Source of the DNA: an uncultured delta proteobacterium | Lineage (GTDB): Bacteria > Desulfobacterota > Desulfuromonadia > Desulfuromonadales > BM103 | DNA length: 64,000 nt | Assembly: GCA_963715335.1 (NCBI GenBank) | Contig: CAVQRZ010000006.1 | Location: forward strand, 1-64,000 | Direction of reading: 5' to 3' | Shown: one piece after another, positions 52,892 to 63,263 of the stretch | How positions within the stretch are numbered: position 1 is the stretch's first letter | Layout of the letters: every line of letters begins with the position of its first letter | The notes under the pieces: generated by a model | The model's database searches: none | What the model was told of the DNA's origin: nothing | What the model saw: the letters and a program-made list of their open reading frames with translations, nothing else | Made by a program: the position numbers and the translations under genes

Positions 52892-53776
52892 TCAGTTACC
52901 GACCCAGGCTGCACCTTTGCAGACTGCCTGCGCCATCCATGCCGCCTCACGTGCCAAAGCGACATCATGCACCCGGAACAACCGGGCCCCTCCAGCATAA
53001 CCCAGAGCGATTGTGGCCAGGGTTCCGGCAAGCCGCTCAGACGGATCATCCTTGCCGAGGACCCGGCCAATAAAACTTTTACGGGAGGTTCCCAGCATGA
53101 CCGGATGTCCGAGCGCGACCAGGTCGGCTGTCCTGCGCAACAGCTCCAGGTTCCCGGCGACGTCTTTGCCGAAACCAATCCCCGGATCAAGCGCAATCTT
53201 GTCTCTGGTGACACCGGCCGATTCCGCAACTTCAAGACTCATGTTCAGGGAGGCGGCAACTTCCGAGAAGAGGTCGGCGTAGCGCGTATCCTGCTGCATA
53301 ACCATGGGCCGGCCACGGGTATGCATGATGATCAGTCCCGCCCCCGCAGCAGCAACCACCCCGGCCATCGCCGCGTCGAAGGTTAACCCGCTTACATCAT
53401 TGACAAAATCTGCTCCTGCGGAGACAGCTTCCCGGGCGACTGCACTTTTCGAGGTATCAATGGACAAAGGCAAGTCGACTTCGCGGCGGAGCCTCTCAAC
53501 GACCGGGATAACCCGATCCAGCTCTTCCTGCTCGGAAACCTGCCGAGCCCCCGGTCGTGTGCTCTCCCCACCGATGTCAAGCAGGTCAGCACCTTCTTCA
53601 GCCATCCTGAGGCCCCGGTCAAGTGCCTGCGGCAGCCCCATGAACCGGCCGCCGTCAGAAAAGGAGTCAGGTGTTACGTTGAGAATACCGACGATGTAAG
53701 GCCGGTCCATGACGAGTGAGCAGTCTCGCCCTAACAGAACAACCCTGGGTTCGGAACCGCCGACCAGGTCTGACAT
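52892..53776 (-). CDS. folP: Dihydropteroate synthase
   Basis: GILNVTPDSFSDGG, GGESTRPG, DPGIGFGK and SRKSF motifs. Confidence 0.97.
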   Translation of the reverse strand: MSDLVGGSEPRVVLLGRDCSLVMDRPYIVGILNVTPDSFSDGGRFMGLPQALDRGLRMAEEGADLLDIGGESTRPGARQVSEQEELDRVIPVVERLRREVDLPLSIDTSKSAVAREAVSAGADFVNDVSGLTFDAAMAGVVAAAGAGLIIMHTRGRPMVMQQDTRYADLFSEVAASLNMSLEVAESAGVTRDKIALDPGIGFGKDVAGNLELLRRTADLVALGHPVMLGTSRKSFIGRVLGKDDPSERLAGTLATIALGYAGGARLFRVHDVALAREAAWMAQAVCKGAAWVGN

Positions 53777-55650
53777 CAGGCCTCGTCTACACAGGGGCCT
53801 TCACCCGGGGCAACCGAATCTTTCGCGACGGCAAGATCTTCAACCACAGCTTCGACCACCTCTTCAGCACCGAATATCATGGCCCTGATTTCACTGCCGT
53901 CCATATTTTCACGTTCGAGCAACGCTTCAGAAACCTTGATCAGGGCGTCTTTATGCTGTGAGAGGGTATCCGTCGTACGCTCGTAGCATTCCTCGACGAT
54001 CCGACGAATCTCCTCATCGATCGCCATCGCGGTGGCCTCGCTGTAATTCTTGACGTGCCCGTAATCACGACCGAGGAAGACTTCACCTTCCTTTTCACCG
54101 AAAGCCAGCGGTCCGAGCTTGTCGCTCATCCCCCACTCGCAGACCATCTTGCGGGCAATCGCGGTGGCACGCTCCAGGTCATTCGAGGCACCACTGGTGA
54201 CACTTTCGAAGATCAGTTCCTCTGCCACCCGGCCGCCAAGCAAAGTACAGATCTTGATATTCAGACCGACCTTGGTTTCGTTATACTTCTCTTCCTCGGG
54301 CAGGTACATGGTGACGCCCATGGCCCGGCCTCGCGGGATAATTGAAACTTTGTGCACCGGGTCGGCGCCAGGGGTGTACATCGCCACCAGGGCGTGCCCC
54401 GCCTCGTGATAGGCGGTCACCTTCTTTTCTTCGTCGGTAATCACCATGGAGCGCCGCTCGGCCCCCATCATGACTTTGTCCTTGGCTTTCTCAAGGTCAC
54501 TGCGCGTGACTTCGTTTTTGTTGGCACGCGCCGCAAGCAGCGCAGCTTCGTTGACCAGGTTTTCAAGGTCTGCACCCGAGAATCCCGGCGTTCCCTTGGC
54601 AATGACCTCAAGTTCAACATCCGCGCCCAGAGGCACTTTGCGCGCATGGACCTGCAGGATCTTCATTCGACCGCGAACGTCTGGACGCGGCACCACGACC
54701 TGGCGATCGAAACGGCCGGGGCGGAGCAACGCAGGGTCAAGGACATCGGGCCGGTTGGTGGCCGCAATCAGAATAACCCCCTCATTGGACTCGAAACCGT
54801 CCATTTCAACCAGCAGCTGGTTGAGGGTCTGCTCGCGCTCGTCGTGGCCACCGCCCATACCGGCGCCGCGATGACGGCCAACGGCGTCTATTTCATCGAT
54901 AAAGATGATGCAGGGGGCATTCTTCTTCCCCTGGACGAACAGGTCCCGAACCCGGCTTGCACCGACACCGACGAACATTTCGACAAAGTCAGAACCCGAG
55001 ATCGAGAAGAAAGGAACCCCGGCTTCCCCGGCAATGGCTCGACCCAGGAGGGTCTTGCCGGTACCCGGGGCGCCAACCAGCAGCACGCCCTTCGGAATCC
55101 GGCCACCCAGCCTGGAAAACTTTTTCGGGTCTTTCAGAAATGCGACCACTTCTTCGAGTTCGTCTTTGGCTTCGTCAATACCGGCAACGTCATTAAAGGT
55201 GATCTTGGCCTGGGAATCACTGAGCAGCTTGGCGCGGCTCTTGCCGAAGCTCATGGCCTTGCCGCCGCCAGACTGCATCTGGCGCATGAAGAATATCCAC
55301 ACGGCGATCAACAGCAGGATCGGGCCCCAGGAAACCAGTATTGACATCCAGAAGCTGTGGGTTTCGTCTGGTTCTGCTTCTATGGCGACGCCCTTTTCAC
55401 GCAGCATGCTGATCAGGTCAGGGTCGTCCGGGGTATAAGTCTTGAAGGCGGAACCGTCGCTGTAGGTGCCCTCAAGGTTCGAGCCCTTGATCGTCACGTC
55501 GACAACCTCATCATCTTCGAGGGCTGCCAAAAAGGTCGTATAGGGGACCGGCTTGAGTTCGCGACCCTGCTGGGTCATCATATTGAAAAGCATGATCATC
55601 ACCAAAGAGATGACCAGCCAGAGTGCAAGATTCTTATAAAACTGGTTCAC
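53776..55650 (-). CDS. ftsH: ATP-dependent zinc metalloprotease
   Basis: Two TM helices, [11 protein letters not shown] region and HEAGH; GTG start. Confidence 0.97.
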   Translation of the reverse strand: MNQFYKNLALWLVISLVMIMLFNMMTQQGRELKPVPYTTFLAALEDDEVVDVTIKGSNLEGTYSDGSAFKTYTPDDPDLISMLREKGVAIEAEPDETHSFWMSILVSWGPILLLIAVWIFFMRQMQSGGGKAMSFGKSRAKLLSDSQAKITFNDVAGIDEAKDELEEVVAFLKDPKKFSRLGGRIPKGVLLVGAPGTGKTLLGRAIAGEAGVPFFSISGSDFVEMFVGVGASRVRDLFVQGKKNAPCIIFIDEIDAVGRHRGAGMGGGHDEREQTLNQLLVEMDGFESNEGVILIAATNRPDVLDPALLRPGRFDRQVVVPRPDVRGRMKILQVHARKVPLGADVELEVIAKGTPGFSGADLENLVNEAALLAARANKNEVTRSDLEKAKDKVMMGAERRSMVITDEEKKVTAYHEAGHALVAMYTPGADPVHKVSIIPRGRAMGVTMYLPEEEKYNETKVGLNIKICTLLGGRVAEELIFESVTSGASNDLERATAIARKMVCEWGMSDKLGPLAFGEKEGEVFLGRDYGHVKNYSEATAMAIDEEIRRIVEECYERTTDTLSQHKDALIKVSEALLERENMDGSEIRAMIFGAEEVVEAVVEDLAVAKDSVAPGEGPCVDEA

Positions 55651-55747
55651 ATGACCCCCTGAAGCTGAAAACACCATAAAAATGCGGTGTTTGGCGTTGT
55701 AAAATCACTGGGAACTTTACCATACTGGGTTCCTTATCACAAGCCGT

Positions 55748-57115
55748 TTATGACTCATTTTGCACGACTTCGACCCGTAACACAGGTTTTCCCGTGACCG
55801 GTCGCCATCCTTCACATCGGCGTAAACCGAGGACCCATAAAATTTTATCATTGCCGAGCAACAACAATGATTTCTTGCGATCCTCCACGGTGAGCTTGAG
55901 GTCGACAAATAAATCCTGAATTTTTTTCGTTCCGTCCATCCCTGCAGGCCGGAAACGATCTCCAGCCAGGCAATGCCTCAGGGTCAGGGGAAACAGCAGC
56001 TCCGACGCATCGAATTCCACTGCAGTCGGGCCTTCTCCCAGGGCATTTTCAAGCAGCGACAACTGCAACGCACGACCATCAGGGAGCAGATAGTCCCCCT
56101 CTCCATCCAGAACAACTTCAAGGGGATCGACTGTCTCGGGGGCCTGTTTGTACAGCAGAACGTCCTCGTACCGGCAGGCAATCCATGCTCCGGGCAGGTG
56201 CAACTCGCCCTGGGGCGGGCCCGCGCAGACCAGCTGCAGGACACTTGTGACATGGGTTGCCGTGAGACCCTTGAGGTGACCGCGAATTTCATGCAGCACC
56301 GCCCTGACGACCCGACTCGCCAGTGCAGGAGCCATCCCGGCAAGGGCTCCGCGTCGAAGAGAATGGCCGCCGTCAACCCTTGTGCCAACCTCCGCCAGGG
56401 CCCTGTTTGTGAGCTCCGACCAGAAATCCTCGTCCAGGCGCAGCTGTTCACAAAGTCCGGCAAGTTGCCCTGTGATCTTCGGGTTGAAACTTTCCAGCAG
56501 CGGCAACAGTTGATGACGCATGCGGTTGCGGGTCAAGGCATGATCGAGGTTGCTCTCGTCTTCGCGCCAGGCAAAGCCGCCTGCTTCCAGGTAGGCCACC
56601 AGCTCTTCGTGATGAAAAGGCAGCAGCGGGCGCACCATCCGGCCATCGACCTGGCGCATCCCGGCCAGCCCTGCCGTGCCGGCACCGCGCACCAAACGCA
56701 TCAGGAAGGTTTCAGCCTGGTCACCGGCATGATGACCAAGGACAATCAGGTCACAATTGCGGTCCTTCGCGGTCGCATCAAGAAATTCCCGGCGCACATC
56801 CCTGGCAACTTCTTCCAGGTTCCCCTTGCGCTGTCGGGCAATGACCGCCACGTCTCGACGCACCACCGTGACAGGAACATCCATGTCGTCACAGAGTTGC
56901 GTGACAAAACATGCATCTCCACAACTGGCCTCCCGCAGAGCGTGGTCAAGATGCGCGGCTTCCAGGGACAGGTTCAGCTTATCGGCAAGGCCATGCAGCA
57001 GCCGGAGCAGTGCGACCGAATCGGCGCCACCGGAAACGGCAACCAGCAGACGGCTGCCCGCCGGGATGCAGCCGGACTGGAGAAGAGCCTTATGAAACCG
57101 GGCCTGCAGGGACAT
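55748..57115 (-). CDS. tilS: tRNA(Ile)-lysidine synthetase
   Basis: AVSGGADS, DHALR, HHAGDQAET, RPLL and DESN motifs. Confidence 0.95.
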   Translation of the reverse strand: MSLQARFHKALLQSGCIPAGSRLLVAVSGGADSVALLRLLHGLADKLNLSLEAAHLDHALREASCGDACFVTQLCDDMDVPVTVVRRDVAVIARQRKGNLEEVARDVRREFLDATAKDRNCDLIVLGHHAGDQAETFLMRLVRGAGTAGLAGMRQVDGRMVRPLLPFHHEELVAYLEAGGFAWREDESNLDHALTRNRMRHQLLPLLESFNPKITGQLAGLCEQLRLDEDFWSELTNRALAEVGTRVDGGHSLRRGALAGMAPALASRVVRAVLHEIRGHLKGLTATHVTSVLQLVCAGPPQGELHLPGAWIACRYEDVLLYKQAPETVDPLEVVLDGEGDYLLPDGRALQLSLLENALGEGPTAVEFDASELLFPLTLRHCLAGDRFRPAGMDGTKKIQDLFVDLKLTVEDRKKSLLLLGNDKILWVLGLRRCEGWRPVTGKPVLRVEVVQNES

Positions 57116-57175
57116 GGAAAATACCTAGCTGGCTTTGCCCTGTTAACGACAGGGAACAAGCCCCGCTGAAAGCGC

Positions 57176-57205
57176 AAAACCCCCTTCCGGGGCTGGAAGG
57201 GGGTT
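57176..57205 (-). terminator. Terminator after the tRNA pair
   Basis: AACCCCCTTCC-loop-GGAAGGGGGTT. Confidence 0.7.
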
Positions 57206-57214
57206 CTGTCAGAG

Positions 57215-57291
57215 TGGTGGCGGTGCAGAGATTCGAACTCCGGACACTGCGGATATGAGCCGCATGCTCTAACCAACTGAGCTACACCGCC
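57215..57291 (-). tRNA. tRNA-Met (CAT), probably elongator
   Basis: GGCGGTGTAGCTCAG...GCGG-CTCATAT-CCGC...GTTCGAATC...CACCGCCACCA, 77 nt. Confidence 0.9.
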
Positions 57292-57333
57292 GAAAACCAG
57301 CCGACCGCCAAAACGGCGGCCGTATATTTTATT

Positions 57334-57410
<77 letters not shown>

Positions 57411-57422
57411 ACAGAATTCTGG

Positions 57423-57451
57423 AATTTACCCGTCTACCTTGAGGATGTCAA
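57423..57451 (-). promoter_or_regulatory. Sigma70 promoter of the tRNA pair
   Basis: TTGACA, 17 nt spacer, TAAATT just upstream of tRNA-fMet. Confidence 0.65.
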
Positions 57452-57466
57452 GAAAAAAACTGTTGC

Positions 57467-58126
57467 CTAACGCTGCCGGACAATCGCCGACAACCTCTCC
57501 TTTTCACGCAGGAAATGAACCGCCTTATCAGCATTTTCACGAGAGGGGAAAGGCCCTGAGAGGACCCGGTGCCAGACGCCCTTTTCGCCGAGATCCGCCC
57601 TTTCGACAAAAACGGTCAAACCATGGGCTTTGAGTCGACCGACCAGCTTGGCAGCATCCTCTCCGGTACGGAAAGACGCGACCTGCACCACAAAGTCGCC
57701 CGCGGACGAAGCCGGTGGTTTGGCCCCGGGCTTCGGTAACGGCTTTGGCGTCGGACTGGCCGGCGCGACGGCTATTTTCCCCACGGTATCGGGACTGGCG
57801 GCCTCTTGTTCCGGAGGCAGGTTGATGCCACTGCCGAGGGGGGCCTGCTTCCCCTTGGGCAGGTTGTCATAGAAAGTCAGCGGCTCAGATTTCACGGCAG
57901 CCGCTTCTTCGACCGGCTTGGGTGGCGGCTCAAACTGAGCGACGGTCGGCAATCTTGAGTTTTCAGTTTCGCTGAGCCCCTCCGCCGCAACGCCACTCTG
58001 CTTACCGTACATGACCCCGATGGAGAAACTGACACCGGCAACGGCCAGAATCAGGATGAAGGCCAGAACGAGCTGTTTTCGTTCAATCCGTCTTTGGGTG
58101 CGTGATACCACCGGCTGCGCCATCAT
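57467..58126 (-). CDS. SPOR-domain cell division protein (FtsN/DedD-like)
   Basis: N-terminal TM helix, LTFYDNL, Pro-rich linker and VQVASF...WHRV..GPF. Confidence 0.88.
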   Translation of the reverse strand: MMAQPVVSRTQRRIERKQLVLAFILILAVAGVSFSIGVMYGKQSGVAAEGLSETENSRLPTVAQFEPPPKPVEEAAAVKSEPLTFYDNLPKGKQAPLGSGINLPPEQEAASPDTVGKIAVAPASPTPKPLPKPGAKPPASSAGDFVVQVASFRTGEDAAKLVGRLKAHGLTVFVERADLGEKGVWHRVLSGPFPSRENADKAVHFLREKERLSAIVRQR

Positions 58127-58150
58127 CTAAAGATCTCCATAAATTTTTCG

Positions 58151-59809
58151 TTACATACGCTCCGGGGCGTCAACCCCGAGCAAACCCAGAGCATTGGCGA
58201 GGACGATCCGGACACCATTGACCAGGTACAGGCGCGCCCGGCTGACCGCAGCGTCTTCCACCAGCACACGCTGCCGATTGTAGTAGCTGTGGAACTGGGC
58301 CGCAAGCTCCTGCAGGTAGTACACGATCCGGTGTGGTTCACAGCTCTGGGCCGCCCCGACAACCAGATCAGGGTAGCGAGCCAGAAGTTTGGCCAGAGCC
58401 AGTTCCTCGGCAAGGGTCAGGCATGAAAGTTCTGCCGTGCCACGCGCCGGCAAGTCGACGCCCTGCTCTTCTGCTGTGCGATGGATGCTGCAGACCCGGG
58501 CATGAGCATACTGAACATAGTAAACCGGGTTGTCGCTGCTCTGTCGTTTGGCCAGCTCCAGGTCAAAATCCAGCTGACTGTCAGAGCGCCGCAGCAGGAA
58601 GAAAAAGCGGCAGGCGTCCTTGCCCACTTCATCGACTACGTCACGCAGGGTGATGAAATTCCCCGACCTTTTCCCCATCGTGTAAGGCTGGCCGTCGCGC
58701 AACAGGTTGACCATCTGGATCAGCAGGACCTGGAGATCCTCCGGCGGATGCCCAAGGCCAGCCACGACGGCTTTCATGCGTGGCACATAACCGTGATGGT
58801 CAGCACCCCATACATCGATCACCCGGTCGAAGCCACGGTCGAATTTTTCCATGTGGTAGGCGACATCCGAGGCAAAATAGGTCGGGCTGCCATCTGACTT
58901 GATCAATACCCGGTCCTTGTCGTCACCGAAATCAGTCGTACGCAGCCAGAGGGCGTCCTCCTGTTCGTAGGAAAGTCCCATTGCCGACAGCTTGGCGAGT
59001 TCAATTGCCACCATGTTCCGGTCATAAAGACTTTGCTCGCTGAACCAATTGTCAAAAGTGATGCCAAAAGCTTCCAGATCGACAGCTATCCAGCCAAGAA
59101 CTTTTCCCACACCGTAAGAAGAGCACCGTTTGATCGCTTCCGTTTCTTCAAGCTTTACCGCTGCCGGGTCCTCGTCGCGCAGGCTGGCCGCCAGCTCGCG
59201 GATATATTCTCCCTGGTAGCCATCTTCGGGGAAGGTAATCTCATCTCCGTGCAGTTCACGCAGACGCAGCCAGATCGAGCGGCCAAGCGTTGCCACTTGG
59301 TTGCCGGCATCATTGATATAGTACTCGCGTTGCACTTCGAAACCTGCCGCACTCAGGATTGAGGCGACGGCATCACCCACGACGGCACCCCGACCGTGAC
59401 CGATATGCAGGGGGCCGGTTGGATTGGCGCTGACGAATTCAACCTGGACCTTCTGCCCCTTGCCTGCCAGGGAGGTGCCGTAGCCTTTCCCCCTGGCGGT
59501 AATGTCATCGAGCACTTCGTACCAGCAAACCGGCGCCAGGGTAAAATTAATGAACCCGGGGCCGGCAATATCGACCTTATCGAGGAGCGAACTTTCACCG
59601 AGGGCCGCCACCAGGGCCTCGGCAATCTGGCGGGGTGGCTTCTTCTCGGCCCGCGCCATGGTCATGGCCAAATTAGTCGCAAAATCACCGTGGTCGGGAT
59701 TCCCCGGCACCTCGACCTGAATGTCCGGAATCTTGCCGGAGTGCAGGGTGTTGTCATCGAAGCAGACCTGCAAAGCCTTGGCAATCTGTTGTCGTAGGAG
59801 ATCCCTCAT
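58151..59809 (-). CDS. argS: Arginine-tRNA ligase
   Basis: VEFVSANPTGPLHIGHGRG, GADHHGY and YVQYAHAR motifs. Confidence 0.97.
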   Translation of the reverse strand: MRDLLRQQIAKALQVCFDDNTLHSGKIPDIQVEVPGNPDHGDFATNLAMTMARAEKKPPRQIAEALVAALGESSLLDKVDIAGPGFINFTLAPVCWYEVLDDITARGKGYGTSLAGKGQKVQVEFVSANPTGPLHIGHGRGAVVGDAVASILSAAGFEVQREYYINDAGNQVATLGRSIWLRLRELHGDEITFPEDGYQGEYIRELAASLRDEDPAAVKLEETEAIKRCSSYGVGKVLGWIAVDLEAFGITFDNWFSEQSLYDRNMVAIELAKLSAMGLSYEQEDALWLRTTDFGDDKDRVLIKSDGSPTYFASDVAYHMEKFDRGFDRVIDVWGADHHGYVPRMKAVVAGLGHPPEDLQVLLIQMVNLLRDGQPYTMGKRSGNFITLRDVVDEVGKDACRFFFLLRRSDSQLDFDLELAKRQSSDNPVYYVQYAHARVCSIHRTAEEQGVDLPARGTAELSCLTLAEELALAKLLARYPDLVVGAAQSCEPHRIVYYLQELAAQFHSYYNRQRVLVEDAAVSRARLYLVNGVRIVLANALGLLGVDAPERM

Positions 59810-60088
59810 AAGTTTACGTCAGTTGCCTTCCGCGCCGGCGTCAGCCCGCTGTTCCTTGCTGCTGTGCAGGGAGCAGGCTACCCAGGGTTCACGTGTTTAT
59901 TCTGTCACATTCCGACTCATTTTCAGGGTTGAAAAAGGAGTGTATGTTAGCGCTGCCCATGCGGGGTGTCAAGCGTTCACGAATGAACCAAGCACGCGCC
60001 GCAGCAGGTCGCGACAAAACCTCGGGCACAGCAAAGGCCCACCCCTGTGGTACGAGATGGGCCAGGCAAAAACGATGATAAATCGATA

Positions 60089-60400
60089 TTATTTCCGGTC
60101 CTGAAACTGAAAAACCAGTTCGTCGTCTCGAACCATTCCAAGCTCTGTTCGGGCAACTCTCTCTATGTATTTACGGTCATTCTTCAATGCAGAAATTTCA
60201 ATCCTCAGCTGCTCATTCTGTGCTTCAAACTTGCTGACCTTGTCGGCAAGCTCTGCCTTCTGGCTGGACAATTTCAACATATGCAGAATCCCGCGGTCGC
60301 CGAACAGGGCAAAACCCAGGATCAGGGCCACCAGAGCCAGCGGCCATAAATTGTGTCGCCCCCCGTCAGGGCGTGAAGCTGGAGCAGGGCTTCCCGCCAT
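60089..60400 (-). CDS. ftsB: Septum formation initiator FtsB/DivIC
   Basis: TM helix, FGDRG, coiled coil and IERVARTELGMV. Confidence 0.88.
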   Translation of the reverse strand: MAGSPAPASRPDGGRHNLWPLALVALILGFALFGDRGILHMLKLSSQKAELADKVSKFEAQNEQLRIEISALKNDRKYIERVARTELGMVRDDELVFQFQDRK

Positions 60401-60523
60401 AAGCATTCTCCTCAGTTCCGGGATTGTTTCATCAAATAGCATGAAAAATCAAGGTTTTTTGCACAAGCCGCGTGATGCCCCTGAAAAGATGGCCGGACTG
60501 TGAAGCAGAGTTGGCGGACAGGC

Positions 60524-60556
60524 AAAAAAAAGGCCTGCCAAACGGCAGGCCTTTTC
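60524..60556 (-). terminator. Intrinsic terminator
   Basis: AAAAGGCCTGCC-AAAC-GGCAGGCCTTTT. Confidence 0.8.
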
Positions 60557-60564
60557 GCGATACG

Positions 60565-60867
60565 TTAATCGAGGCTCAGCTGGTCTTTGAGCTTGGCCAG
60601 TTTGGCTTGACCGATCCCCTTGACCTCTGCCAACTGATCGACACTTGTGAACGGTCCGTGTTCATCCCGATAAGAGATGATCCGCTCCGCAAGGGCCGGT
60701 CCAACGCCGGGCAGTGCCTGCAGTTGTTCAGCAGTTGCCTGGTTGAGAGGAATGGTTTGAATCGATACTTTGGCAGCCAGGTTTTCAGCTGCAGAGACAG
60801 TCGCCGGCGACAACCCGACAGACCCAACGACAAACAACAAGGCCAACAATAACAGATAATACTTCAT
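60565..60867 (-). CDS. comEA: ComEA-family HhH DNA-binding protein
   Basis: Signal peptide; LNQATAEQLQALPGVGPALAERII...VKGIG. Confidence 0.88.
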   Translation of the reverse strand: MKYYLLLLALLFVVGSVGLSPATVSAAENLAAKVSIQTIPLNQATAEQLQALPGVGPALAERIISYRDEHGPFTSVDQLAEVKGIGQAKLAKLKDQLSLD

Positions 60868-61065
60868 AACATTTCCCTCCAAAATTGGAATCATAACAAA
60901 CCCGATGCGGGCATAAAATCCTGCAACCCCTCCTTGACGACACCTCCCTCCCGGATCAGTTTCGCCGCCCAACCCGACCCACAATGAGCCTCACCGGATG
61001 GCTGGCAAGTTCATGTGAAAGTATCAGATATTTCACACTTGTCAAACGAATCGCATAAAACAGTG

Positions 61066-63225
61066 CTACATGCCGAAGCCACCACCGAACCCCTTGTTCA
61101 TCCCCAGCCCGGCCAAAACGAAACTGAGCATCACTTCATGGTTCTTGCTGTCGTCAATCCGGTAGCGGCTACGATAAGTCAAGAGGATGCTCCAGCACTT
61201 TGAACGATATTCGAGGCCGACGATCTTTTCAAGTTCACGATTCTCCCGAAAGTCGTAACGCTCCTCGAACCTGAGATAGACCGGCGTGAGGATCGACGTA
61301 TCAAGCTGGAAATTGACGTAATCCGTTGCCGCATCCACGTAGGTATCGTCCTTGTATGTGTAATTGACCCTGACCGCATTACCACCTTCGTCCCTGGCAG
61401 AGGCAGCGGCACGCAGGTTCCGTATCCCGCTGTCACCGTAAACCGGGATCAGGCTATCCACCTCCAGGGCAAGGTTGCGGGTTGGCCAGAAATCCAGCTC
61501 GAAGCGTACATCTGAGAACGGCTGGTCATCATCGAACAGGTCGTCCTCACCGTCAAACCTATAGGTCTGCGAGAGCCGCAGATCCAGGAAGTCACGATAA
61601 ACCGTGGTACCGTCCCCCGCAGTACTGCTGGTTGTCAGACGGTTGACCAGGGCATAACTGATATCGTTGCGCTGGACCTGACGATCAAGGAGGTCGAAGA
61701 GGGGCAGATCATCCTGGCTCTTATCCGGCACGTAAGTATAGACCACTTTCGGTTCGATGCTGTGCATAAGCCTTTCCATGCCCCAGCGGTTCGGCGCGTA
61801 GGCCCTGACCAGACGCGTCGCGAGGGTCAGGGAGTATTCCGGGACAAACTGCTGATCGTCTTCGGCATCTGTATCGTAAAGCCGTTCATGAAGAGATATC
61901 TCCGGGGTCAACTCCAGCCAGGACCCCGGCTTGAATGACGCCGAGACGAAAGGCCTAAGGTAAAGCCGCTCGCCATCCAGGCCTTCGTCACGCTGGAACC
62001 GCGTCGCATAACTCTCCAGGCCAAGATACAGAGGGGTATCACCCAGCCGGTAGCGGCTCTGGCTGAGACCCACCTCAGGCAGGCGCTGCAGTGACCTGTC
62101 GTTATCTTCTTCGAGGTTCTTGAGGTAACGACCATAACCGGTCAGGTTGAGTTTCTCCCAGTTGCGCTGGAGAATCACGGTTGAAACTGTCAGGTCGCGG
62201 TTGTATTGATCGGCCGACTCACCAAATTCATCAAAGAACTCCTGCTTGTTGGTGTATTCGACATCGCTTGTCAAGGTCCAGCCGCCAGGCAGATTGCCGC
62301 GATGCTTCCAGTCGAGATAGTAGGTGTTTGGCATATCATTGATGCCGGCGACATGATAGTAAAGGGCCTTGCCATTGTTCTGGTTGGCCAGGGCATAACG
62401 GTACTCAAGGCCGGTGCCGAGGCCGATTTTGGAAAGGTAGTCGAGGTAGAAAGTCGCGTCCATACTGCGATCGATAACCTGGTACCAGGCCATGGACGCA
62501 CGCGCGCCCTTGTTGTTTGAATAGCCGAACCAGGGGGCCAGCAATCCGGACTCGCGTTCGGTCTTTACCGGAAAATACATGTAGGGGGTATAGAGCACCG
62601 GGACATCCTTGATGTAAAAGAAGGCGCCTTTGGCGCGGGCATAGCCGCCCAGATCAACATCTACCTCTCTGGCGGAAAACTTCCAGTCCGGAATCTCTCC
62701 GTCACAGGTTGTGAAGCTGCCATTTTGGACAAAATAATTGACCTGCCCGTGTTTTTCTATCTCTTCACCCGCAAGGTGGAAATTCCCGTCATGAATCAAA
62801 ACCTTGCCGCCATGGGCCCGACCCTGGCCGGTGGTCATATTGTACTGCATGCTGTCACCGGAGAAAGTAACGTCGGCATCGTTCAGCGTAACGCTCCCCC
62901 GTGCGGCGGCATCCTGAGTCGAAGCTTGCCAGAGGAGTTCCTCCGAACGCAACTCAACATCGGCCTGACGCAGGACGACATCCCCTTTGGCCTCGTAGCT
63001 CTCTTCTTCCGCGTTGTACGAAAGCTGATCTGCAACCAGAGAGATGGATGCATCCTGTTTAGTCTCCGTCCCAGGGGACGCAGACTCGATCCCTGCTACG
63101 GACTTTTCATCCGCAGCCGGAACCAGCTCATCGCCGGCCTCGGCAGGCCTGCTCAAAGCCCCCCAGGAAACAATGCTGATGACAAGCAACGCGCAGAGCG
63201 TTACGGCATAAGATGAATCTCGCAT
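61066..63225 (-). CDS. lptD: LPS-assembly outer membrane protein
   Basis: OstA-like N-domain, FTTCD, RESGLLAP and beta-barrel with Y.SKCW near the C-terminus. Confidence 0.9.
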   Translation of the reverse strand: MRDSSYAVTLCALLVISIVSWGALSRPAEAGDELVPAADEKSVAGIESASPGTETKQDASISLVADQLSYNAEEESYEAKGDVVLRQADVELRSEELLWQASTQDAAARGSVTLNDADVTFSGDSMQYNMTTGQGRAHGGKVLIHDGNFHLAGEEIEKHGQVNYFVQNGSFTTCDGEIPDWKFSAREVDVDLGGYARAKGAFFYIKDVPVLYTPYMYFPVKTERESGLLAPWFGYSNNKGARASMAWYQVIDRSMDATFYLDYLSKIGLGTGLEYRYALANQNNGKALYYHVAGINDMPNTYYLDWKHRGNLPGGWTLTSDVEYTNKQEFFDEFGESADQYNRDLTVSTVILQRNWEKLNLTGYGRYLKNLEEDNDRSLQRLPEVGLSQSRYRLGDTPLYLGLESYATRFQRDEGLDGERLYLRPFVSASFKPGSWLELTPEISLHERLYDTDAEDDQQFVPEYSLTLATRLVRAYAPNRWGMERLMHSIEPKVVYTYVPDKSQDDLPLFDLLDRQVQRNDISYALVNRLTTSSTAGDGTTVYRDFLDLRLSQTYRFDGEDDLFDDDQPFSDVRFELDFWPTRNLALEVDSLIPVYGDSGIRNLRAAASARDEGGNAVRVNYTYKDDTYVDAATDYVNFQLDTSILTPVYLRFEERYDFRENRELEKIVGLEYRSKCWSILLTYRSRYRIDDSKNHEVMLSFVLAGLGMNKGFGGGFGM

Positions 63226-63263
63226 GGCACGACCTGTCTTGGTAAGCATAAAGGCATCTGCCG

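Noticed and set aside
54352..57169. Long plus-strand ORFs (330 aa, 398 aa)
   Set aside because: Antisense to ftsH and tilS; no independent evidence.
59810..60088. Possible leader RNA or small ORF upstream of argS
   Set aside because: No T-box or riboswitch consensus recognised, and the ORFs are unconvincing.
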